A stretch of DNA of 64,000 nucleotides from Bacteroidota bacterium (GTDB lineage Bacteria > Bacteroidota > Bacteroidia > AKYH767-A > OLB10): the NCBI GenBank assembly GCA_024643795.1, contig JAHEMF010000011.1, forward strand, positions 1,302-65,301. The letters run 5' to 3'. The position numbers were made by a program, and so were the translations under genes. This document shows, piece by piece, positions 1-9,022 of the stretch (the first letter of the stretch is position 1; each line of letters begins with the position of its first letter). Below the pieces are notes generated by a model, which worked only from the letters and a program-made list of their open reading frames with translations, made no database searches and was not told where the DNA came from.

Positions 1-1314
1 GGTGTTTGTACCATATGCAAAATTCACTGTAGAACCTGTCATGGTAAGGTTGCCATTGATGGTTGTGGTCATATTTGCAGTTGGATATCCGGCATTGTAA
101 ATGTTGTACCAATGATCACCCAGTGTTACATTGCCATTGGCTGTCCAGTTTATGGTTCCAACACAATTAAAAACAATTGCCGATGCACCTCCACCTGTAC
201 TGTTGTCAGTAAAGTTCCCGGTAACTAATGTTAGATTTCTATTTGTTCCTGATGCAATAAACAGTGCTCCTGAATTACTAATTGTAACATCTTTTAATGT
301 TAAACTGGTTGTTCCACCGGTTCCATTATCCATATAAATCGTTCCCTGCGAAACCGTTAAGTTGCCTGAAATTTTATTTGGCGAGAAAGTGCCGTGTTGT
401 TGCCAAGTTCCTGTTGAATTAAAAGTAATATCACCAGTGGTGCCTGAAATGAGGGATCCAAGTGGTATATTATTGTTGTACCAGTTGTTGAAAATCATTC
501 TGCTGGTTGATGATAACGATTCCACACCTCCAAAGATGCCTGTTGAGGCATCACTGGCATTGCTATGTGTGTAGATTCCCGTTCCATTTATAGTAAATGT
601 GCTTGTAACCGACACACTGTTATTAGCTACCAAATTCCCCCCACTATTTACTGTAAGGTTTGGTGTAGATGCTGTGATGTCAGCAGTTACTACATGATTT
701 ATCTGCACATTAGCTCCACATCTAGGTACTATTCCTCCCACCCATGTGGTAGGATTTGACCAGTTTCCATTTTGAAATGACAGAATAGTTAAACCGGTAT
801 TTGTTGCAGTGAGATATCCGTATGAATTACCTGAGCCAGAACCTCCTCCTGATATCAGTGCAGTTCCTCCGATTCTATAAATGTTACCAGATGATCCGGA
901 ACTTAAGGCCCTCACATTGATACCACTTATTGTAAGTACATCTGATTTGTTACCCCCGGCAACACTTATAGTTACTATGATGGTATCATTATCAACTGTA
1001 ATGGTTGCTGAAGTGAAGTTCCCACCTGTATTATATGAAACAGAACCAACGCCCACCTGAAACTCAAAACCTGTTGGTGCACCCATTATAATAGTGGTTC
1101 CTGTTTGATTGCTGAAATCACTATTTGAATTTTCAGTAATAACCATGTCTGTTAGAGTGGTAAAAGCTCCACCAGGTGCCAAATTCAAACACGTGCCATT
1201 GTTTGCAGGAGTGATAGTCACAACTCCCCAACAAAATGATATACTCATCATGTGGGAAATGCATACCAACAGAAAGCTTAGTACAAAAGGCTTAGTAAGT
1301 TTTAACCAGCTCAT
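1..1314 (-). CDS. Giant secreted beta-helix/adhesin-like surface protein, N-terminal 438 codons only (3' end lies beyond the left window edge); paralog of 1828..6156
   Basis: Minus strand is open in one frame from ATG (1314..1312) to base 1. My translation: MSWLKLTKPFVLSFLLVCISHMMSISFCWGVVTITPANNGTCLNLAPGG...INGNLTMTGSTVNFAYGTNT. It is absent from the track because it has no stop in the window. Collinear with the N-terminus of the 1505-aa ORF: GAPTGFEFQVGVG vs TAPAGFEFNPGVG; NGNWSNPTTWVGGIVPRCGANVQINHVV vs DGDWTNPATWTGGLIPSCSDIAQISHKVV; NRNLTLVTGNFT in both. Confidence 0.85.
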   Translation of the reverse strand, partial: MSWLKLTKPFVLSFLLVCISHMMSISFCWGVVTITPANNGTCLNLAPGGAFTTLTDMVITENSNSDFSNQTGTTIIMGAPTGFEFQVGVGSVSYNTGGNFTSATITVDNDTIIVTISVAGGNKSDVLTISGINVRALSSGSSGNIYRIGGTALISGGGSGSGNSYGYLTATNTGLTILSFQNGNWSNPTTWVGGIVPRCGANVQINHVVTADITASTPNLTVNSGGNLVANNSVSVTSTFTINGTGIYTHSNASDASTGIFGGVESLSSTSRMIFNNWYNNNIPLGSLISGTTGDITFNSTGTWQQHGTFSPNKISGNLTVSQGTIYMDNGTGGTTSLTLKDVTISNSGALFIASGTNRNLTLVTGNFTDNSTGGGASAIVFNCVGTINWTANGNVTLGDHWYNIYNAGYPTANMTTTINGNLTMTGSTVNFAYGTNT

Positions 1315-1827
1315 AAATTTTAATCAGACCTCGATCAACTAGTGACCTTATCCTATTTAGGTCATCTTAAAACGATTTTATTAATAAAGGGTGATGACTA
1401 TTAAAGATTAAAACTTACACATGTGTTAATTGATTTTTTGTGAATATTGATAGTAAGTTATTGTATAATACATTGAAATATAGATACTTGCATAAGATTT
1501 TGTGAATACATTTTATGGTGAGTTCTTGAATTTTCGATCGAACCTGAATCAAACCTTACAAAATGGAAGATTAATTGCCACTGAAAAAAGACTTAATGTG
1601 TAATGAATGGGGTGTTTTGAGCATGAATTGAAGTAAATGTGTATTTGCTAAAGTGCATTAAATCAATACTATACGATCACTCTCAAAGTTTATTGGTAGT
1701 AGGGGTTGTGGTGTTGAAATGTAAGGTTATCACCTTTTTTGTAAATCCTTTTACTAGCCAAATAGTATTAATTCCAACTAATAATAAAAAGGCGCTAAGG
1801 ATAAAAGCGTTCAAAACACAAACTAGT

Positions 1828-4800
1828 ATGAAAAGGAATTCTACTGTTGTAAAAAGTCTGGTTCTCGGATTGATAAGTCTGATGTCAGTTTATTCAACAT
1901 CTTTTGGAGCTGTAACAGTTGGAGCAGCCACAGGCGGTGCTTGTTTAAATGTTACACCTGGGTCATATACTCAGTTGTCATGGATCACGATCAAAGAGGT
2001 GGCTGCCGGAGATATCCCAACGCCTCAGACCGGAGCAACTATAGTACTAACTGCGCCGGCAGGATTTGAATTTAACCCCGGTGTTGGAACATTGCAAATA
2101 ACCGGAGGAGGTGATATTATTAATAAATCACTGACAGTTACGTCTTCAACTATCACAGTTGGTTTTGATGTTACCGGAACAAGTGTTGTTAATAATATCA
2201 GGATAAAGTTTATTGAGGTAAGAGCGCTTGCTTCCAACATAAGTGGCGATGTAGTACGCACGGGAGGTACTGCTGTTATTACAGGAGATGCAACAGGTTC
2301 CGGAATAAGTCATGCTAATCTAATTGCAACCGGATCAGGAGCAATCATAACATCAGCTGCTGATGGAGACTGGACTAATCCAGCCACCTGGACCGGTGGA
2401 TTGATTCCAAGCTGCTCTGATATAGCTCAGATAAGTCATAAAGTTGTTGTGAATAATACAGCATCTGTGAATAATGTATCAATATTAAGTGGTGGTGAAT
2501 TGACTTCTGATCGTGATCTTACAATTTCAAATACCTTCACTATAGCTAATGGCGGTACTTATATACATAATAATAATAAAGACGTAGTATCAACAATTTT
2601 TGCAGGTACAGAGACTTTTAATTCAGGGTCCACAATTCAGATCAATGACTGGTACGACAACAATCGTCCACTTGCTGAATTTGTTACAGGTGATTTTGGT
2701 AATATTATTTTTAATAATCCGGGTAGCTGGAACAACTCAGGTATGTTTGCGCCAAGTAAGATCAAAGGCAACATAGAAATAGCTTCCGGTACAGTTGTTA
2801 TGGATGAAGGTTCTGGTATGACCACAGCTTTGACATTACAAGATGTGAGTATAACTGGTGGTGTCCTTATCATGCAAAAGGGAGCCGACAGAAACCTAAC
2901 ACTTGTAACTGGTAATTTCACGCAGTCGAGCACATTGAATGCGCCATCCAGAATAATGGATAATAGTATGGGGAATCTTGTGTGGACTGTAAATGGTAAT
3001 TTGAACATTGCTCAAAACTTCACCATTCTTGAAGGTGCTGGCTTAGCTGACGTAGGTGATATTCAGATGACCGTTAATGGAAATATGAATTTCACCAATG
3101 GTGCATTTAAGGGTGTTCGTAAAGCTGTGTCTGATATGGACCTTACTGTAACCGGAAATATTAACATATCTGGTACGCCTACATCTGTATATATGATACA
3201 GGATTATAGCGGCGATCTTAACCTGACCACAACGGACCTTATTATTTCTGCAGGAGATAAGAATAATTTCATGGGTGGTGATGGTGGATTGCCAACTGGT
3301 GATGCTACATTTAATATTACCAGAGATCTGCAATTAACTGGAGCTACTACAAAGTCTTATTTCTACCTCAATTCAGGTTCAACAGGTCTTGTAGATATTA
3401 GCGTAGGACGCGATATGACCGTTACAAACTCAGAGTTGAATCTAGCTAATAACAGAGGTGACGTGAGTGTGACAGTAGGTAGAAATATTGAAGTTACCGG
3501 TTCTTCGGCATCATTGTACGGACAAAGGTATGATTCATCGCCAGGCAATGTAGTAGTGACGGCAAATGGTCACTTGCATTTAACAAGCGGGATATACACA
3601 CAACAAAAAGGTCGTGGATCTGCAGTGTTAACTGTTACTGAAGAGATTTATCAGGCTGGCGGTACTTTCTTTGTTATCAACAATAATGTTGTTTCAAATA
3701 ATGGTACTGTAAACCTTTCAATGAGTGATCTTGATTTCAATGGTGGATTATTCAACGCACACAAAGGATTTGTGACAGATGGCAGACAGGTTGTGGTTGA
3801 TATCTCCAACAATGCTCTTGTAAATTTTTCATCAACAACTGATGAATTAATATTCATAAGGAAGGCTGGGACTAATAATGCTGCCCTATTGTTCAACGTA
3901 GGTGGGAATGTTGTTGTAAATGGCACTGCTAACGGATTATTTGCATCTACATATGGAAGTGGAATTGAAACCATAAATGTTGTCGGTAATTTTGTAGTTA
4001 ACGCAGGACGTGTAAGGTTTAACGGCCTTGAAGATGGAACTGGAAAATACCATGATGTAATGGCTACCATTCAGGGTTCACTTGAGGTAAATGGTGGTTC
4101 ATTAGGATTGTCCGCCAATTCCGGCACTTCTACTTGGACTATACAAGGAGAATATATTCAAACCGGTGGCTTGGTTTTTCATAAGAACAAAAACGGACTT
4201 TCTAATGTTACTGTGAATTTGAATTATACTCAAACAGGTGGTACGGTCGACTTTCATTTGGCAGGAACTGATGTAGCTCTCTTTCCGGTAAACCTCACTA
4301 TCAATGGTAACGCTACTTTCGCCAACACAACTTTGTCATTTGATGCCTCTACAGTGAGTACTGCCGAACATAACATTTTCATAAATGGATCAAGTTTCAC
4401 ATTAGGCAATAATGCATTGATTACTCACGCAAATAACGCTTCGTCAAGAACTGTGTTTGGTAATATTTATTTTCAAAGCGGAGCAACGACCACTTATAAC
4501 AGAACCTCAACAACAAGTAGTATAAGGCAGGTTAGACAAACTATCAACGCAGGAACTACATTGGATGTTCGTGGGTCTGTTTCAGATATGATTATAGCTT
4601 CACACTTGTCATCTACGCCTGCCGTTTACAATTTATTGGTTGTTAATGGTATTGTTAACCTGGGACTAAACAGAATATTTCCTTTCCAGCAGCCAGGATA
4701 TTATAGTGGTGTTACAGTTTCAGGAACTGGTGTGCTTATGACAGCACATGCAAATGGATTGTATGATGCAGCTGCATTGAATTCAGCTGTCTACCCAACA

Positions 4801-6156
4801 ATTTCTGGTAGTTTAAGAATGGATTACTCGCTTGCCAGTGGATCAAAAGTTATTTATAATGGTGTTGACAACCAGCAGGTAACAGGTATCAATCAGGGAA
4901 TCGCAACAGGTATTAATCATAGGTACAGCCGTCTTGAAATAGATTTCCAGGGAACTGCAAATACAGAATGGGTATATCCTATGGATGATAATGTTTATGT
5001 GAGAAATGATCTCAGGTTGACCAATGGTGAGTTTAATCTGGACTCTGATCATGATGCTACTAACGGTGGAAGATTACTTCATATAGAAACTGGTGCGACC
5101 ATCACAAGGGTTAATGGGTATTTGAGAAGTGAAACCATTGATGGTACTGCTGCTATTGACTGGAGTATTGCTACAACCGGTTCATTCATAGTACCTTTTG
5201 GATACAACTCTGGATTATACTTGCCATTTACATATCAGCCAGTGTTGGGAGTGTCCGGTAATGTTACTTTGGCTACATACCACTCGAATAATGATAACAC
5301 TCCATATCCTCCTACTGTAACTCATACAAATGATCTGTTAGGAGCTGATAATAGCGGTAATACAGTAGACAGATATTGGAGAGTAGAGGTGCCTGGTTCA
5401 GTTACTGCTAACCTTCAATTTACATATGCTCCTGCTGAAGCAATTGGAATATCAAGTCCAAGGGCACAAAGGTGGGAACCTGTATCAATGGGCTGGGAGT
5501 TACCTTTGGGTATACAAACCAATCCTACTGCTACAAGCACAGCTGCAAGTGGTCTTACAGGTCTGGGTTCTTGGTGGACATTGTCATCTTCTTCTAACCC
5601 ACTTCCTATTCAACTTTTATCATTTGATGCATTTGTTGATAATGACCATGTTAAACTCATTTGGACCACAGCTTCAGAGATCAATAACTTCTTCTTCACA
5701 GTTATGAGGAGTGGTGATGGTGAAAATTTCCATGACCTGTTTAATGTGGGAGGTTCAGGTACCACTACATCAGTTACCAATTACTCTGCTATTGACCCAA
5801 GACCTTTGTTTGGTACATCTTATTACAGGCTAAAGCAGACAGATTATAACGGTAAGGAATCACTTTCATCTATTAAAAAGGTTACTTTCTTGAAGAGTGT
5901 ACCTGTATCAGTTTTCCCTAACCCATTAAGAAATGGCGTGCTAACAGTCTCAACAGGAAATGTTGATGACAGGATAATTAATATCACAGTTATGGATATG
6001 ACAGGAAAGTCTGTGATCTCAAGAGATTATAGTTCAGATGGATATAAGCAGGCGAGTGTTGGGTTTGTGATGGATGAATCATTACCAACAGGAACGTACA
6101 TGATGATAATCAACAGCGAATCAGGGATTCATAGGGAACGACTTGTGAAGCAATAG
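1828..6156 (+). CDS. Giant (about 1440 aa) beta-helix-like surface protein with type-A T9SS C-terminal sorting domain
   Basis: Track ORF 1639..6156 starts at GTG. Trimmed to ATG 1828, where MKRNSTVVKSLVLGLISLMSVYSTSFGA is a classic signal peptide. Body is made of degenerate coils (h-x-V-x-G-N/D-h-x-h-x-x-G). Contains a G8-like WTNPATWTGGLIPSCSDIAQI motif and an Ig-like LLSFDA...SYYRLKQTDYNGKE module. Ends with a CTD: VFPNPLRNGVLTV...GTYMMIINSESGIHRERLVKQ. Confidence 0.85.
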   Translation: MKRNSTVVKSLVLGLISLMSVYSTSFGAVTVGAATGGACLNVTPGSYTQLSWITIKEVAAGDIPTPQTGATIVLTAPAGFEFNPGVGTLQITGGGDIINKSLTVTSSTITVGFDVTGTSVVNNIRIKFIEVRALASNISGDVVRTGGTAVITGDATGSGISHANLIATGSGAIITSAADGDWTNPATWTGGLIPSCSDIAQISHKVVVNNTASVNNVSILSGGELTSDRDLTISNTFTIANGGTYIHNNNKDVVSTIFAGTETFNSGSTIQINDWYDNNRPLAEFVTGDFGNIIFNNPGSWNNSGMFAPSKIKGNIEIASGTVVMDEGSGMTTALTLQDVSITGGVLIMQKGADRNLTLVTGNFTQSSTLNAPSRIMDNSMGNLVWTVNGNLNIAQNFTILEGAGLADVGDIQMTVNGNMNFTNGAFKGVRKAVSDMDLTVTGNINISGTPTSVYMIQDYSGDLNLTTTDLIISAGDKNNFMGGDGGLPTGDATFNITRDLQLTGATTKSYFYLNSGSTGLVDISVGRDMTVTNSELNLANNRGDVSVTVGRNIEVTGSSASLYGQRYDSSPGNVVVTANGHLHLTSGIYTQQKGRGSAVLTVTEEIYQAGGTFFVINNNVVSNNGTVNLSMSDLDFNGGLFNAHKGFVTDGRQVVVDISNNALVNFSSTTDELIFIRKAGTNNAALLFNVGGNVVVNGTANGLFASTYGSGIETINVVGNFVVNAGRVRFNGLEDGTGKYHDVMATIQGSLEVNGGSLGLSANSGTSTWTIQGEYIQTGGLVFHKNKNGLSNVTVNLNYTQTGGTVDFHLAGTDVALFPVNLTINGNATFANTTLSFDASTVSTAEHNIFINGSSFTLGNNALITHANNASSRTVFGNIYFQSGATTTYNRTSTTSSIRQVRQTINAGTTLDVRGSVSDMIIASHLSSTPAVYNLLVVNGIVNLGLNRIFPFQQPGYYSGVTVSGTGVLMTAHANGLYDAAALNSAVYPTISGSLRMDYSLASGSKVIYNGVDNQQVTGINQGIATGINHRYSRLEIDFQGTANTEWVYPMDDNVYVRNDLRLTNGEFNLDSDHDATNGGRLLHIETGATITRVNGYLRSETIDGTAAIDWSIATTGSFIVPFGYNSGLYLPFTYQPVLGVSGNVTLATYHSNNDNTPYPPTVTHTNDLLGADNSGNTVDRYWRVEVPGSVTANLQFTYAPAEAIGISSPRAQRWEPVSMGWELPLGIQTNPTATSTAASGLTGLGSWWTLSSSSNPLPIQLLSFDAFVDNDHVKLIWTTASEINNFFFTVMRSGDGENFHDLFNVGGSGTTTSVTNYSAIDPRPLFGTSYYRLKQTDYNGKESLSSIKKVTFLKSVPVSVFPNPLRNGVLTVSTGNVDDRIINITVMDMTGKSVISRDYSSDGYKQASVGFVMDESLPTGTYMMIINSESGIHRERLVKQ

Positions 6157-6177
6157 AAAAATATAAATATTTTATCA

Positions 6178-6206
6178 AGGAGGTGCTTTTAGTACCTCCT
6201 TTTTTT
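6178..6206. terminator. Bidirectional rho-independent terminator between convergent genes
   Basis: AGGAGGT (6178-6184) pairs with ACCTCCT (6194-6200), 9-nt loop, T6 run 6201-6206, A-rich 5' flank. Confidence 0.7.
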
Positions 6207-7083
6207 ATGTAAGTATGTTAAGAGTTTGTTCTATTAATTTTTTTACTGAACGTTTAGAATCTTTTGAAAAAGTTTTGTCAACTCGGTTTGCAATTATAAC
6301 ATTTACAGAACAGCAATTATGTCCTAAAAGCCTGGCCAGTCCGTACATGGCTCCTGTCTCCATTTCAAAATTGGTCACTTTTTTCTCATCCATTTTAAAC
6401 CGTTGCAGGTCATTTAGAAGCTGTGGATATGTAGGAGCGAGTCTTAGTACTCTACCCTGTGGTCCGTAAAAACCCTGACAAGATGCGGTGATCCCTGATT
6501 GCATATGTGCTGACATTTTACTGAACAATTGAATGTCTGCTGAAAATAAGTAGGGGACCGGTAAATTGTTTTTAATACTTATTGATCGGTTTATTCCACT
6601 CAACAACTGTAGCTCTTCCTCATTGTTTTGGAATTCATAATGTTGCATGAGCCCATCTAATCCAAGTCCATACTCTGAACAAATAAAACTGTCTACGCCA
6701 ATCTCTGGTTGTAATGCTCCTGAAGTGCCGATCCGGATCAGATTGAGGGCAGTTTGCTTATCACGTATTATCCGTGTATTTAGGTCAATATTTACAAGCG
6801 CATCCAGCTCATTGTACACAATATCAATATTATCTGTTCCTATTCCTGTAGATAATACAGTTATCCTTTTACCGTTAAAATAACCGGTATGGGTGACAAA
6901 TTCACGTTTTTGTTTTTTTAGTTCTATTTTATCGAAAAAAGCACTTACTAAAGGAACTCTATCGGGGTCACCCACATTGATTATAGTGTCTGAAATATCT
7001 TCAGGAAGCAAGTTTAAATGGTAAATACTGCCGTCTTTGTTGAGTATCAGTTCAGATTCACCAATTTGTTTCATTTCATTCAT
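6205..7083 (-). CDS. Nucleoside phosphorylase (PNP/UDP family 1, uridine/purine nucleoside phosphorylase-like)
   Basis: 292 aa. VLSTGIGTDNIDIVYNEL, IRIGTSGAL and NFEMETGA segments are typical of PNP_UDP_1 phosphorylases. Confidence 0.75.
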   Translation of the reverse strand: MNEMKQIGESELILNKDGSIYHLNLLPEDISDTIINVGDPDRVPLVSAFFDKIELKKQKREFVTHTGYFNGKRITVLSTGIGTDNIDIVYNELDALVNIDLNTRIIRDKQTALNLIRIGTSGALQPEIGVDSFICSEYGLGLDGLMQHYEFQNNEEELQLLSGINRSISIKNNLPVPYLFSADIQLFSKMSAHMQSGITASCQGFYGPQGRVLRLAPTYPQLLNDLQRFKMDEKKVTNFEMETGAMYGLARLLGHNCCSVNVIIANRVDKTFSKDSKRSVKKLIEQTLNILT

Positions 7084-7088
7084 TGATG

Positions 7089-7096
7089 TAATTTTG
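7089..7096 (+). promoter_or_regulatory. Candidate Bacteroidota sigma-A -7 box (TAATTTTG)
   Basis: Exact match to TAnnTTTG, 25 nt upstream of ATG 7121. The same GTAATTTTGCAG string occurs upstream of rpmG. Confidence 0.45.
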
Positions 7097-7120
7097 CAGG
7101 ATCGTAAATTTAGACCTTTT

Positions 7121-8002
7121 ATGAGTGCCAGTAGAACTCAAATTCTTGTTCCGGTTGACTTCGGTGAACAATCTCAAATTGCCCTCAAGCAATCCTTCAA
7201 TCTAGCAAAACTGACCAATGCTGAATTAACCCTGGTGAACGTGATCGATGATGACACTATCAGTTCGGTCAAAGATCTGATGGAAAAAGGATATAACATT
7301 GAATCGCAACTGCGGGCCGATATGTTCAATAAGTTACGTGATCTTGCTTCAGAAATTGAGAAAGATACCGGTTTGCGTGTAAATATTTCTGTCAGAACGG
7401 GAAAGATATATGAAGAGATAGCTGAACTCGCTTCAGAAATTGATGCTTCCATGATAATAATGGGAACTCAGGGCCCGGTGGGCTTAAAAAAGCGATTTCT
7501 TGGGTCAAATGCATCGCGGGTTGTCAGGGGAGCAGCTTGTCCGGTAATTACCATTAAAGGAAAACAGCATCGACCTGGTTGTAAGCATATTTTACTGCCT
7601 CTTGACCTCACTAAAGAGACAAAGGAAAAAGTTAATAAGGCTATTGAATTTGCAAGGTTATTCAATAGTGAAATACATATAGTTACCATAGTTAAAAGCG
7701 ACGATGAGTTCATTATGAATAAACTGACCCGTCAAATGGAGCAGGTAAAGGCCTTTATTGTGGATGAAGGGTTCCCTTGCACCTCCGAATTCATTGATGG
7801 CGACGAAGTTGCTGAGGAGGTTATTAAGGCTGCAAGTAGCCGTGAAGCGGACCTTATCATGATCATGACTCAACAGGAAGTAGGTTGGGTTGACCTGTTT
7901 TTAGCTCCTTCTGCCATGGAAATCATTAACTTATCAGAGATTCCAGTGCTATCCATCAGGCCAATGTCAAGAAAAAACACAAGTGAGTTCGTGATATCAT
8001 AG
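7121..8002 (+). CDS. Universal stress protein, tandem Usp domains
   Basis: Track ORF 7037..8002 trimmed to ATG 7121 (MSASRTQILVPVDFGEQS). Two Usp halves, each with an ATP-loop-like segment (MGTQGPVGLKKRFLGSNASRVV; second half IMTQQEVGWVDLFLAPSAMEII). Confidence 0.8.
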   Translation: MSASRTQILVPVDFGEQSQIALKQSFNLAKLTNAELTLVNVIDDDTISSVKDLMEKGYNIESQLRADMFNKLRDLASEIEKDTGLRVNISVRTGKIYEEIAELASEIDASMIIMGTQGPVGLKKRFLGSNASRVVRGAACPVITIKGKQHRPGCKHILLPLDLTKETKEKVNKAIEFARLFNSEIHIVTIVKSDDEFIMNKLTRQMEQVKAFIVDEGFPCTSEFIDGDEVAEEVIKAASSREADLIMIMTQQEVGWVDLFLAPSAMEIINLSEIPVLSIRPMSRKNTSEFVIS

Positions 8003-8044
8003 TATTAATTAAATTTATTGTTTCAATTATAAACTTATAACCTT

Positions 8045-8923
8045 ATGTCACAAGCGCAGGTGCAGAAAATACTCATTCCTTACGATTTTTCAGAAACGGC
8101 AGAATTAAGTCTTGAACATGCCATTTTTATGGCTAAAAGACTCAAGGCAGCCATAACCTTATTACACATTGTTGAAACAGTATCTTTTACTTCTGCTATC
8201 AGTCATGCATTTACCGGCTTCGAAAAAAATATTGAAGATGCCACTCAGGAGAAACTCGATAATCTGGCAAAAGAAATTCATGTAAAACATGGGATCACTT
8301 TGAATATCAGAACTGAAGTTGGCAGGATATATAAAAAAATATGCCAGGTTGCTAAAGATGAAGAATCAGACCTGATCATCATGGGTACTCATGGAGTGAG
8401 CGGATATCAAAAATTTTCATTGGGTACTAATACCTCCAAGGTGGTTATGGAATCACCTTGTCCTGTGCTATCAGTTCAAACCCATCACTCACGGCTTGGT
8501 TTTAAAAATGTACTAATACCAATTGATGAGACCAATGAATCAAGACAAAAGGTTCCATTCGCGGTTGAAGTAGCAGGTTATTATGGTTCACATGTAACCA
8601 TTGTTGGGCTCATTAATTTTTCGAATGATGATATGATCAGGAAGTTTAAGATAAAAGTTGAACAGGTTGAAGATTATGTGGCTCAGCATGGGCTCAACAG
8701 TGACACAAAGTACCTTGAAGGTAATGATCTTGCGGCACTGACCCTCAAGGCAGGAGAGGAAAATAATTGTGACCTTATCGTAATCATGACGGAACAGGAA
8801 CCACCTTTGACAGGGTTTCTATTGGGAACGTATGCCACTAAAGTTGTCAATGCAAGCCAGATACCGGTTCTTTCTGTGCATCCTGCAGAGGTTGATCCTG
8901 ATAAGATCACAGTAACTTTCTGA
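8045..8923 (+). CDS. Universal stress protein, tandem Usp domains (paralog of the upstream gene)
   Basis: KILIPYDFSETAELSL..., MGTHGVSGYQKFSLGTNTSKVV..., second half LIPIDETNESRQ...IMTEQEPPLTGFLLGTYATKVV. Confidence 0.8.
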   Translation: MSQAQVQKILIPYDFSETAELSLEHAIFMAKRLKAAITLLHIVETVSFTSAISHAFTGFEKNIEDATQEKLDNLAKEIHVKHGITLNIRTEVGRIYKKICQVAKDEESDLIIMGTHGVSGYQKFSLGTNTSKVVMESPCPVLSVQTHHSRLGFKNVLIPIDETNESRQKVPFAVEVAGYYGSHVTIVGLINFSNDDMIRKFKIKVEQVEDYVAQHGLNSDTKYLEGNDLAALTLKAGEENNCDLIVIMTEQEPPLTGFLLGTYATKVVNASQIPVLSVHPAEVDPDKITVTF

Positions 8924-9022
8924 TTCATTTCAAGAACAGAATATTCATGAATTACCTTATTAAGTGGCTTCATTTTATTTCCAAATAAAATTGAGTAGTC
9001 TGCCTTTCCCTTACTTTTCAGC

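Noticed and set aside
131-1342. Plus-strand track ORFs 131..337, 362..574, 565..759 and 1109..1342
   Set aside because: They lie antisense to the long open minus-strand frame that is homologous to the neighbouring giant protein. Their translations are low-complexity shadow frames.
1387-1738. Imperfect inverted repeat AAAGGGTGAT (1387-1396) / ATCACCTTTT (1729-1738) as flanks of an invertible promoter between the two giant genes
   Set aside because: Only 9 of 10 positions match, which is expected by chance in 500 bp of AT-rich DNA. No invertase or recombinase gene is present in the window.
1639-1827. 63-codon N-terminal extension of the giant ORF from a GTG start
   Set aside because: The extension has no signal peptide and lies in AT-rich promoter-like DNA. 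The ATG at 1828 gives a textbook signal peptide.
2025-5707. Antisense or alternate-frame ORFs inside the giant gene (2025..2261, 2637..3008, 3043..3333, 3363..3548, 3651..4070, 4843..5052, 5426..5707)
   Set aside because: All are embedded in a 4.3-kb frame with clear domain structure. Repeat-rich Thr/Gly/Asn coding sequence commonly keeps other frames open.
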